Shown here: positions 56,478 through 64,000 of the stretch, one piece after another
Layout of the letters: every line of letters begins with the position of its first letter
Numbering within the stretch: position 1 is the first letter of the stretch
Source: an uncultured Planctomycetota bacterium
GTDB taxonomy: Bacteria; Planctomycetota; Planctomycetia; Isosphaerales; Isosphaeraceae
NCBI GenBank assembly: GCA_963845755.1
Contig: CAWJTV010000001.1
Coordinates: 224,001 to 288,000, forward strand
Length of the DNA: 64,000 nucleotides
Direction: 5' to 3'
Made by a program: the position numbers and the translations under genes
Notes under the pieces: generated by a model
Databases searched by the model: none
Told to the model about the DNA's origin: nothing
The model's input: the letters and a program-made list of their open reading frames with translations, nothing else

Positions 56478-58835
56478 GTGCCATCCGCCAACCTGGACAA
56501 ACTCAATCGGGAGCTGGATCGAATCGATCGACCCGGTACGTTCTGCGCCGCCGACAGCGTGCCCGCCGTCCTGCCCGGCCTGGAAGTCGAGGGCCTGGGG
56601 CCGGTCGGGCTGCCGCTCACCCCGAGGACAGCGAAAGAGCTGATCAAGCACTGTCATCAGGCCCCCTACGGCAAGGGCGAGGAGACCCTCGTCAACACGA
56701 AGGTCCGCCGCGTCTGGCGGATGGAGCCGGACCGCTTCAGCCTCAAGAACCCCGACTGGGACCGGGTCGTCAAGGAGATCGTCGGCAAGGTCCAGGAAGA
56801 GCTCGGGCTGGAGAGCCAGAAGCTCGAGAGCCACCTGTACGACCTGTTGCTCTACGAGAAAGGGAGCTTCTTCCTGCCCCATCGCGACGGCGAGAAGCTC
56901 GACCGGATGGTCGCGACGCTCGTCGTGGTGTTGCCCTCGACGTTTGAGGGGGGCGAGTTGGTCGTCCGCCACGAGGGGCAGGAGCGGACGATCGACTTCG
57001 GCGGGCCAGCCGGCGACCCGTTCCACATCCACTACGCCGCCTTCTACGCCGACTGCGAACACGAGGTCCGGCCGCTCGAGAAGGGGTATCGCCTCTGCCT
57101 GGTCTACAACCTCACGCTGGCGAAGTCGAAGAAGTCCCTGAGGGCGCCGCGCGACTCGGAGCACATCGCGGCGATCGTCCCGCTCATCCGGAAATGGGCG
57201 TCCGACGAGGAGTCAACCGAGAAGCTGGGCATCGCCCTGGACCATCAATACACCAAGGACGGCCTGACCTGGGACGCGCTCAAGGGCACGGACCGGGTCA
57301 AGGCGCGCGTCCTCGCCGAGGCGGCCCGACAGGCGGAGTGCCGGGCCTACCTGGCGCTCTTGACCCTCCATGACTCGGGCTCGGCGGAGTACGCCCGCGG
57401 GTCCGGCCGAGGATACGGCTATGGCCGGCGACGGAGCTGGTACGGCGACTACGATGACGAGGGCGACGCCAGCGACTACGAGATGGGGGAGATCTACGAG
57501 ACCAGCCTCACCGCGGACCACTGGAGCGACGCCGAGGGCCACCGGCTGCCGATCGGCGAACTGGACATCGAGGAGGACGAGCTCCTCGATCCGGAGGCGC
57601 TCCGGGAGGGGGAGCCTTCCGAGGAGGATTTCGAAGGCTTCACCGGCAACGCCGGGATGACGCTGGACCGCTGGTATCGCCATGCCGCGGTCTTCCTCTG
57701 GCCCGCGAGCCGGCATTTCGAGGTCATCTGCGATCGCGACAGCCGCGCCGTCGTGCCGGAGCTGGTCCGGATGGTGGCGCGGTGGAAGAAGGGCCGCGGC
57801 GAGGAGGCGGCGGCCCTCGAGGCGCAGTGTCGCGAGCTCGCCGCCGCGATCGTCGCGAAATGGCCCGCCGGCGCCCAGGGCCGCATCAGGCCCGACGGCA
57901 AGGATGACTGGGCGGGCGAGCTGCTCGCCGCGCTCGCCGCGCTCGACGACCCCGGCCGCATCGGCGACTTCCTGGGAGGCGCCATGGCCAGGGACGCAAC
58001 GGCCCAGCCCGGCAAGTCGATCGCCGCGATCGGCCAGAAGTACGGCTGGACGACCTTCCGGCCGCAGCTCGCCTCGGTGATGAAGGCGACTACGCCCGGG
58101 ACGATGGAGCGGAACGTCCGGCTGCTGGAGTCGATCTGCACGGCCCGGCCGCGGAAGAAGGAGGGATGGAGCGAGCTGTGCGAGGCCCTCGCCTCGGAGC
58201 TCGTGTCGGCCATCGGGTCGATCGACCGGGCGCCCCCGTCCTCCGACGACTGGCGCTATCGGTCCGTCGATCGCGTGGAAGTCCTCGCGGGCCTGGCTCG
58301 CTCGCTGATCGCGACCGAGCAGGACAGGCTGCTGTCCCGATTCATCGACCATGCCCTCGCCTTGCCGCAGAAGTATCCGCTCACAGACGCCCACATCAAG
58401 GCGCTCGTGGGCCTCCGGACGTGGCTCTCGAAGAACGTCAAGAAGCCGTCGGCCGGCCTGGTGAAGTGGCTCGACGAGGTCCGGGACCAGCTCAGGTCGA
58501 TCACCGCCGAGGTGCCGCAAGAACCGACCGACTTCCGCCGCGCGGCCCCGATCAAGTGCACCTGCTCCGATTGCGCCGAGCTGAAGCGGTTCCTCGCAGA
58601 CCCGGGCGAACGGGTGCTTCGCCTCAAGATGGGCAAGGAGCGCCGCCGGCACCTCCATTCCCAGATCGACGTCAACAAGATCGACCTGACCCACGTCACC
58701 GAGCGGATCGGCTCGCCCCAGACCCTCGTCTGCACCAAGACGGCGGCGTCCTACCAGGCCAGCCTGAAGAAGTACCGCGAGGATCGGGAACACCTGGCGA
58801 CGATCGAGGCCATCCGGGCGAGCCTGCCCGGGTGA
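56478..58835 (+). CDS. Large 2OG-Fe(II) oxygenase-domain protein with C-terminal CxCxxC
   Basis: FFLPHRDGEK (HxD), GGELVV, HEVRP..GYRLCLVYNL; KCTCSDC near the C-terminus; GAGG RBS before GTG 56478. Confidence 0.85.
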   Translation: MPSANLDKLNRELDRIDRPGTFCAADSVPAVLPGLEVEGLGPVGLPLTPRTAKELIKHCHQAPYGKGEETLVNTKVRRVWRMEPDRFSLKNPDWDRVVKEIVGKVQEELGLESQKLESHLYDLLLYEKGSFFLPHRDGEKLDRMVATLVVVLPSTFEGGELVVRHEGQERTIDFGGPAGDPFHIHYAAFYADCEHEVRPLEKGYRLCLVYNLTLAKSKKSLRAPRDSEHIAAIVPLIRKWASDEESTEKLGIALDHQYTKDGLTWDALKGTDRVKARVLAEAARQAECRAYLALLTLHDSGSAEYARGSGRGYGYGRRRSWYGDYDDEGDASDYEMGEIYETSLTADHWSDAEGHRLPIGELDIEEDELLDPEALREGEPSEEDFEGFTGNAGMTLDRWYRHAAVFLWPASRHFEVICDRDSRAVVPELVRMVARWKKGRGEEAAALEAQCRELAAAIVAKWPAGAQGRIRPDGKDDWAGELLAALAALDDPGRIGDFLGGAMARDATAQPGKSIAAIGQKYGWTTFRPQLASVMKATTPGTMERNVRLLESICTARPRKKEGWSELCEALASELVSAIGSIDRAPPSSDDWRYRSVDRVEVLAGLARSLIATEQDRLLSRFIDHALALPQKYPLTDAHIKALVGLRTWLSKNVKKPSAGLVKWLDEVRDQLRSITAEVPQEPTDFRRAAPIKCTCSDCAELKRFLADPGERVLRLKMGKERRRHLHSQIDVNKIDLTHVTERIGSPQTLVCTKTAASYQASLKKYREDREHLATIEAIRASLPG

Positions 58836-59216
58836 GCTCGACCCCTACGAGCTCCACTCCGAGCGCCTCGACGCTCGACTTCGTCGAGGGCCTGGCCGAT
58901 CACCTGCTCGACCTCTTCCCGTTCCTCTCGGATCTGAAGGTCAATCGCCAGTGGTCGGGAATGTCGGACATGACGCCCGACTTCTCGCCGATCCTGGGGA
59001 CCACGCCGATCCGGGGCTTCTACCTCGACACCGGCTGGGGGACCTGGGGCTTCAAGGCCACCCCGGTCTGCGGCACCACCATGGCCTACACCCTGGCCAG
59101 GGACCAGGACCATGAGTTAATCCGCCCGTTCAACCTCCAGCGGTTCGCGAATTACGAGCTCGTCGGCGAGAAAGGCGCCGCCTCGGTGGGACACTGAATC
59201 CGCAAATCCTCACTCT
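58836..59216 (+). pseudogene. soxB: Duplicated 3' end of soxB plus ~20 nt downstream (copy of 55021-55400)
   Basis: ~380 bp direct repeat with scattered substitutions (GGC/GGA, AAG/AGG, TTG/TTA, GCG/CAG, GGG/GCG, AAG/AAA); no start codon. Confidence 0.93.
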
Positions 59217-59254
59217 GGAGAGGAGCGAGCCTGTGGCCGGTTTCTCAATCGGTA

Positions 59255-59284
59255 TATAATTATAGATGAATAATTACAATTGTA
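59255..59284. promoter_or_regulatory. Putative TA promoter/operator: two 10 bp palindromes over a TATAAT box
   Basis: TATAATTATA (59255-64) and TACAATTGTA (59275-84), 20 bp apart, in an AT-rich patch upstream of the TA pair. Confidence 0.55.
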
Positions 59285-59395
59285 TAGATTTACGTGTACA
59301 GGAGGCATCCTCTCGATCGCCGCGGCATCCCTTCCCGACCAACGACCTCCCAGGTAATATGGAGGAGTGGGACGGTGAGAAAGGAGAGAGGGGCC

Positions 59396-59701
59396 GTGGA
59401 AGTTTCTGTCATCATCGAGCCGATTACCGGCAGCGGGTATCGCGCGACCGGGGCCGGCGGGCTCTCGGTCGGCCTGACCGCTGACGGAGCGACGGCCGCA
59501 GAAGCCATCGACCGACTGGCCGACCAGGTCCGGCTCCGCGTGAACGCCGGGGCCAGATTGGCCGAGTTGAACGTCGCTGGCGGCATCGCACCCTGGAAGC
59601 AGGATGCCGGATACTTGCACGACGATCCCCTCTATGAACCCTGGCGCGCCGCGATGGAGGAATACCGTCATCAACTCGACGAAGACCCCGAGGCGCTATG
59701 A
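59396..59701 (+). CDS. Putative antitoxin (HicB-like N-terminus)
   Basis: VSVIIEP..GYRA..LTADGATAAEAI..; overlaps the PIN start (ATGA). Confidence 0.7.
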   Translation: MEVSVIIEPITGSGYRATGAGGLSVGLTADGATAAEAIDRLADQVRLRVNAGARLAELNVAGGIAPWKQDAGYLHDDPLYEPWRAAMEEYRHQLDEDPEAL

Positions 59702-60117
59702 GCCTCTTCGTCCTCGATACCGACCACCTGACTCTCTATTACCACGGCGACCCGATCGTCGTTCAGAGGGTCAACTCGAGGCTACACACGGAGTTGGCGA
59801 TCTCGGTCTTGACGGTCGATGAGCAACTCACGGGTTGGTACACGCTGATGCGGCAAGCCCGCCGTCCGGAAGAAGTCGCACGGGCCTACGTGCATCTCGG
59901 CGAAGCCGTCGTGCGTCTGGGCCGCTGGCGCATCCTGCCCTACACGGAAGCGGCCATCGCGCGGGTCGCTCAGCTCAAGGCCCTCCGGTTGAACGTTCGG
60001 CTCATGGACCTGCGGATCGCCGCCGTTGCGATGGAGAATCAAGCTGTGGTCGTCACCCGCAACCGACGCGACTTCGGCCGTGTTCCCGGCCTGAGCGTCG
60101 AGGATTGGTCGGTTTGA
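59698..60117 (+). CDS. vapC: PIN-domain VapC toxin
   Basis: FVLDTDHL, TVDEQL, MDLRIAAVA, VVTRNRRDF..VPGL.VEDW. Confidence 0.92.
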   Translation: MSLFVLDTDHLTLYYHGDPIVVQRVNSRLHTELAISVLTVDEQLTGWYTLMRQARRPEEVARAYVHLGEAVVRLGRWRILPYTEAAIARVAQLKALRLNVRLMDLRIAAVAMENQAVVVTRNRRDFGRVPGLSVEDWSV

Positions 60118-60359
60118 GCCCCCCGTCCGGGGATTCCGGCGGGGCCCGCCACGGGCCGCCGTCGCTTCAGGCGGAGTCCCAGCCCGCCGACGCAAACCAT
60201 CGCGGGCCAGGTCGGGTGTCGCTGCCGAATCTCTCGGAGAGGCCACGCCGAGGAACGGCCAGCCGGTCCGACGCCACCGAAGGCCATTGAGTCGCGGTGA
60301 ATTCGGTCGATCCGACCGAAGCTCGCAAGGCGACCGTCCGACGGTTCGGTCGATCCGAA

Positions 60360-60433
60360 TATGTGAGCCAATCCGCTCGGGGTGAGCTGGTCATGGGGGC
60401 CGCGCTGGACCCCTACGTGCTCCACTCCGAGCG
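60360..60433 (+). repeat. Duplicated internal fragment of soxB (copy of 54977-55050)
   Basis: 74 bp, 2 mismatches. Confidence 0.92.
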
Positions 60434-60571
60434 GGGCGTGAAAAGGGGACGGGGGCGTGAAAAGACAGCCATGTGGGAATTGGCGTGATGCCGATTTGGG
60501 ACCTATGTACGGACGATCCCTGTCCCCGCCGAACCGGCGGGTTTTACAGATGTCGTTTGATGGCCAATCCC

Positions 60572-60739
60572 GACCAGGGGCCACCTCGGTCTCGTCAGGG
60601 ATCACGTCTCGCCATACTGGTTTATCAGGGGAGTGACCCCACACAGCCTTATCCGACGTTGGTGATCCGAGACAGAGCGCCACGCTTTTCCACGGCTTTG
60701 CGCCTTGGGGACAGATTCGACGTTGTTCGGCCCCTGGTC
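60572..60739 (-). ncRNA. Predicted bridge/seek RNA of the IS110 element
   Basis: 11 bp perfect closing stem (60572-82/60729-39); two internal loops, each with a small hairpin flanked by segments matching the target (60707-15, 60685-90) or the donor junction (60643-48, 60617-21). Confidence 0.8.
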
Positions 60740-60746
60740 CGGATGG

Positions 60747-62321
60747 TCACTCTGTGGGATCAGCCTCCCCTGACTCCGGTGATCTTACCAGGTTCCCCTC
60801 CAGTTTGGCCAAGATGGCGGGGAGAATCGTGTCTAGCTGGCGCGGTCCCGTTCCCCGCGATTTCGGGACCCGAGCCAGCTCCTCCGCCACAGCGGCCGCT
60901 TCCTCACGATGCGCCGTGTGCGGGAGTTGGGCCACTGCGGCGTCGAGGTTTCGCGAGAGCTGATCAGGTGGAATGATATGCTCAAGAGAAAACCTGATCA
61001 GTTTATCGAGGATGGGATCCCGCTGCTGAGCGCAGGGGTGTTGGAAGGTCATCCGACCGGCTACCATCTGGTAGGCGATCCGGCAGAACCGACCGGCGAC
61101 CTGGACACGGACGCTACGGGCGTCCTTGCCCCTGAGCCGCCATCCCGCGGCCAGGACCGCGAAGTGATCATTGCATTTGATCAAGTTATCTGCAATCGTG
61201 AGGATGGCGGATCGCAGGTCGCGATTGGCGTGTCGGACCAGCGCGCCGTCGCGACGATCGACCTGGTCGCTCTGGTACCGCGAGGGGAACAACCCGGCGC
61301 GGCCCGTAATCGCTCGGGCCTTGGTGTAGCGCTCGATCGGCCCCATCTCGCCGGCGAACTCGGCGGCCGAGACCACGTTGATCCCGACGATGCCCAGCAG
61401 GAGCAGGTAGGGCGTCCCGGCCAAGAGCCCGGCCAGGTCACCCTCGACCGCCTGGATGGCTTGAGCCTTGGCGACCTGGTCGGCGTCGAGCTCCAGGAAG
61501 ATGCGGTGATGGAGCGACGCCGGTTCCTCGGCCGACGGTGCCGACCGGGCCCAAGCGACGATCTTTTCCAGGGTGGACCGATACACTCGGAGGCCGGCCT
61601 GTCGAACCTGTTGGCTCAAGCCGGCCAGGCCGATCTGGGCGATCGCCGCGGCCGAGCCGAGGTCCCTGGCCACCCAGAGGATGGCCGGAGAACCGAAGAG
61701 ATCGCCGACGCACTTCGAGTATCCTGGCATGAACGATTGAAGATGCTCGAGCATCTGCTGTTGGAGGACGACTCGCTTTTGCACCGAGGTGCGGCGGTGC
61801 CTGGCCAGCAGTTGGAGTCGGGCATAGACCGGGTCGGGTTCGGGCTCCAGCAGGCCGAAGCCGTTGACGGCGGCGCGGTGGATGGCGGAGAGGTCGGTGT
61901 CGTCGGTCTTGTTGCCGGGGTCGGCGGGGAGTCGATACTGCTTGGTGGTGTAAGGATGAACGATGCGGACCTCGAACCCCGCCTTGCGGAAGCTGCGCTG
62001 GACCGGGCCGTGATAGCGACCGGTGCGCTCGACGACCACGATCACCTCCCGGATGCCGTGCCGGGCCATGGCCGCGCGAACCGACGTCACGGCGGTCTCG
62101 AAGTCGGATCGGTTGTGTTCGACGGTGGTCGGCTCGAGCAGGACTCGGCCGTAGAAGTCGGCGAACATCATCCGGGAGCGTGCCTTGGCGCAATCGACGC
62201 ACACCAAGCCGAAGTGCTCCGGTCCGACCGCTTGGACGCGCGGGTGAATGACCCCCCGAGGCTTATGAAGGGCATGCGGCTGCGACGGGCGACGGTTCTT
62301 CGACGGGGACTTGGTAGCCAT
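60747..62321 (-). CDS. IS110-family DEDD recombinase/transposase, 524 aa
   Basis: VCVDCAK (D), VERTGRY (E), NKTDDTD (DD); Tnp20-type GIVGINVVSAAEFAGE..GRAGLFPSRYQS; GGAGG RBS. Confidence 0.93.
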   Translation of the reverse strand: MATKSPSKNRRPSQPHALHKPRGVIHPRVQAVGPEHFGLVCVDCAKARSRMMFADFYGRVLLEPTTVEHNRSDFETAVTSVRAAMARHGIREVIVVVERTGRYHGPVQRSFRKAGFEVRIVHPYTTKQYRLPADPGNKTDDTDLSAIHRAAVNGFGLLEPEPDPVYARLQLLARHRRTSVQKRVVLQQQMLEHLQSFMPGYSKCVGDLFGSPAILWVARDLGSAAAIAQIGLAGLSQQVRQAGLRVYRSTLEKIVAWARSAPSAEEPASLHHRIFLELDADQVAKAQAIQAVEGDLAGLLAGTPYLLLLGIVGINVVSAAEFAGEMGPIERYTKARAITGRAGLFPSRYQSDQVDRRDGALVRHANRDLRSAILTIADNLIKCNDHFAVLAAGWRLRGKDARSVRVQVAGRFCRIAYQMVAGRMTFQHPCAQQRDPILDKLIRFSLEHIIPPDQLSRNLDAAVAQLPHTAHREEAAAVAEELARVPKSRGTGPRQLDTILPAILAKLEGNLVRSPESGEADPTE

Positions 62322-62470
62322 GGAACAGGACCTCCGAATCGAGTTGAGAAGAGACCCAACTCCCATTCTGGAAGTCTGATCGGGCGTTCAGTAGAAAAGA
62401 TCCTTGACCCCCCCAGGCCCCCCTGTTGTTGCTGGTCAAGAATCTTTAGTACCTCACTTCGCCACATACC

Positions 62471-62514
62471 AGGGGACGGAACGAATTATTGACGTCCATT
62501 CCGTCCCCTTTTCA
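62471..62514. repeat. REP-like palindrome interrupted by the IS110 (left part at 60433-60464)
   Basis: Reconstructed TGAAAAGGGGACGGAA pairs perfectly with TTCCGTCCCCTTTTCA (62499-62514); an extra arm copy at 60436-60452. Confidence 0.8.
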
Positions 62515-62706
62515 TCTGCTCCGTTCTGTCAACTTTTCCTCTGCATCCCCTTATCCTTTGCCTTGGCTGAGAAGACCGACCAGAACCAGCACCAGGACGG
62601 CGCGGTCGATGGCCGCATCCGCAAGGACTGACTACTCACGGGACAGCCGCAAGAGTAGAATCATGTCGGGGTTGTACCTGCTCATCGAGGAGCGTCCGCC
62701 TGCAGC

Positions 62707-63180
62707 ATGGATATCGTCGGCAAGAGGGGAGAGGCGCTCTTCGGCGCGATCATCACCCGGTGGTGCGGGGGACAGCAGTGGTTCGATCGGCGCTTCCTGG
62801 GCGAGAAGGCCGAAGCGCTCGATTTCGAGGTGACGCTCCTCGGATCGTCCGTCTTTCAGTCGAATTTCTTCGTACAGGTGAAGGCGACGGCGAAGGCTAA
62901 GCGGTATGCGGGCACAGGAATGGGTCGTAAACTGCTCGTCCGGCTGACGGCCGCCGATGCCAAAAAGCTCGGCAGCATGAAAGTGCCGGCGTATGTCGTC
63001 GGAATCGACGTGCTCTCCGGGGTCGCATATATCCAGCACGTCCCGGCGGGAGCCAGGAAGGGGTTCGTGGGAATCTCTACCCGCCGCTCACTGAACTGCC
63101 GGGCCATCAGGAGGATTTGGAATGACGTCGAAGACTTCTGGAAGTCGCGGCCAGTAGGCATGACGAAGTCCAGCCTTTGA
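62707..63180 (+). CDS. DUF4365-like PD-(D/E)XK nuclease-fold protein
   Basis: GKRGEALF, LDFEVTL, FFVQVKAT pattern. Confidence 0.7.
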   Translation: MDIVGKRGEALFGAIITRWCGGQQWFDRRFLGEKAEALDFEVTLLGSSVFQSNFFVQVKATAKAKRYAGTGMGRKLLVRLTAADAKKLGSMKVPAYVVGIDVLSGVAYIQHVPAGARKGFVGISTRRSLNCRAIRRIWNDVEDFWKSRPVGMTKSSL

Positions 63181-63189
63181 GGAGGGCAC

Positions 63190-63714
63190 ATGTCTCCAGC
63201 AAACCAGATGGTGGGTCACCGCTCAGAACTCCTCGCCAGGGTTGCCCTGACGCGGCGATTGAACGTCAACGTGTTCAACATGGATATGGGCGGCGAGATG
63301 GGAATCGACTTGCTCTGCTCGATCCGCGACCCGACCCTCCCCGGATTCCTCCCGTTCGGCGTGCTCGTATGGGGCACGTCTAACCCCCTGGACACGTCGG
63401 AGGATTTGGCGAAGCACGTCCGCGGCCGCAGGAAGAAGCTCGACAAGCGGACACGATACTTCATCCCGGTCATCGTCTTGCTGTTTTCCATGCACAACGA
63501 CAGGGAGTTCTACGCCTGGCTCGTCGAGCCATCTGAAGACTCGACCCATCTTGTGGATGTGGCCGATCTGGATTTCAAGCCGTTTGATACCAGGCAACTA
63601 GACAGGGTCATTCGGCGCATCACGAATTGGTATAAGTTCCTTGCCGCAGACATCCGGCCTGAGACCACGGAAATCAATTCGTCTCGGTTTCCGAATGACG
63701 AGCGGGATGACTGA
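63190..63714 (+). CDS. DUF4365-like protein lacking the QxK motif
   Basis: GHRSELLA, GIDLLCSI, FGVLVWGT, IPVIVLLFSM..EFYAWL; 9 bp after the preceding gene with GGAGG RBS. Confidence 0.6.
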   Translation: MSPANQMVGHRSELLARVALTRRLNVNVFNMDMGGEMGIDLLCSIRDPTLPGFLPFGVLVWGTSNPLDTSEDLAKHVRGRRKKLDKRTRYFIPVIVLLFSMHNDREFYAWLVEPSEDSTHLVDVADLDFKPFDTRQLDRVIRRITNWYKFLAADIRPETTEINSSRFPNDERDD

Positions 63715-64000
63715 TACAGTCCCCATGTGATCGAGGTTCCCTGCCCCTTCACGCGCAAGGTCAGGTATTGCTTGCTTCGGTCCGACGACACCGAAGTCGA
63801 TCGACCTGAGGTGGCTTCGATCGATCCGGTCGAAGCCGGTTAAACCCGGCGACGGCATCACCTCCGAGGAATGCGGGTTTGGGGTCCGCGACGCGGCTCA
63901 GTTCGGCCCCGCCTTGGTCCCGGTCCTGGGTGAGGATTCTGGGCGAGGCAGAACCTCGGCTTGGCCGGACCACTCCTGCCTTCGGGCGGGACGTGACAGG

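Larger units (their letters stand above)
60465..62472 (-). mobile_element. Complete IS110-family element (IS1111-like layout, long 3' non-coding end)
   Basis: Core AG (CT on the element strand) at 60463-64 and 62471-72; short sub-terminal inverted repeat ATGTGG (60471-76)/CCACAT (62462-67); removing it restores a perfect 16 bp palindrome arm. Confidence 0.88.

Noticed and set aside
55676..56947. 423 aa PIN fusion protein from the ORF track
   Set aside because: Artefact of the missing base at ~55983; the corrected PIN gene stops at 56127
54698..59216. Diversity-generating retroelement template/variable repeat pair (soxB copies)
   Set aside because: Differences are not confined to adenines and there is no reverse transcriptase in the window
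62322..62470. Bridge RNA in the IS110 5' (left) end, as in IS621
   Set aside because: It has one 14 bp hairpin (62396-62409/62434-62447) but I found no ordered set of target and donor guides; all four lie in the 3' end
2883..62492. Long antisense or overlapping ORFs (e.g. 2883-4535, 8153-9640, 16102-18360, 18309-20105, 35469-37295, 57213-58793, 60909-62492)
   Set aside because: Shadow frames of real genes in high-GC DNA with no recognisable motifs

Overview
64 kb of GC-rich (~65-70%) bacterial DNA. The gene content (DUF1559 prepilin-type protein, an 'ERLESR' planctomycete extracellular motif, sulfatase-like and TPR genes) points to Planctomycetota, probably Isosphaeraceae-like (inference). 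From left to right it holds: a tandem-duplicated CusA/CzcA-type RND efflux cluster with a TnpB remnant and small upstream ORFs that all end in 'PLRC'; housekeeping and accessory genes (LarA-like, ygfZ, GH57, dinJ-yafQ, OprO/P porin, tsaB, yidC, mnmE, fumC); a scattered N-methylglutamate (methylamine) pathway (gmaS, mgsABC, solA, soxB) with an IS630 inserted in the mgsA stop codon; and, after soxB, a stack of toxin-antitoxin and defence-like cassettes separated by duplicated soxB fragments. The top finding is a complete IS110-family element (60465-62472) inserted at a CT core in a REP-like palindrome. Its 3' non-coding end contains a folded RNA with four guide segments that match the reconstructed target and donor sites in bridge-RNA order. 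About 14 of ~17 single-base frameshifts sit at GCGC, which suggests methylation-linked long-read errors and not true pseudogenes. No rRNA, tRNA or CRISPR array was seen.
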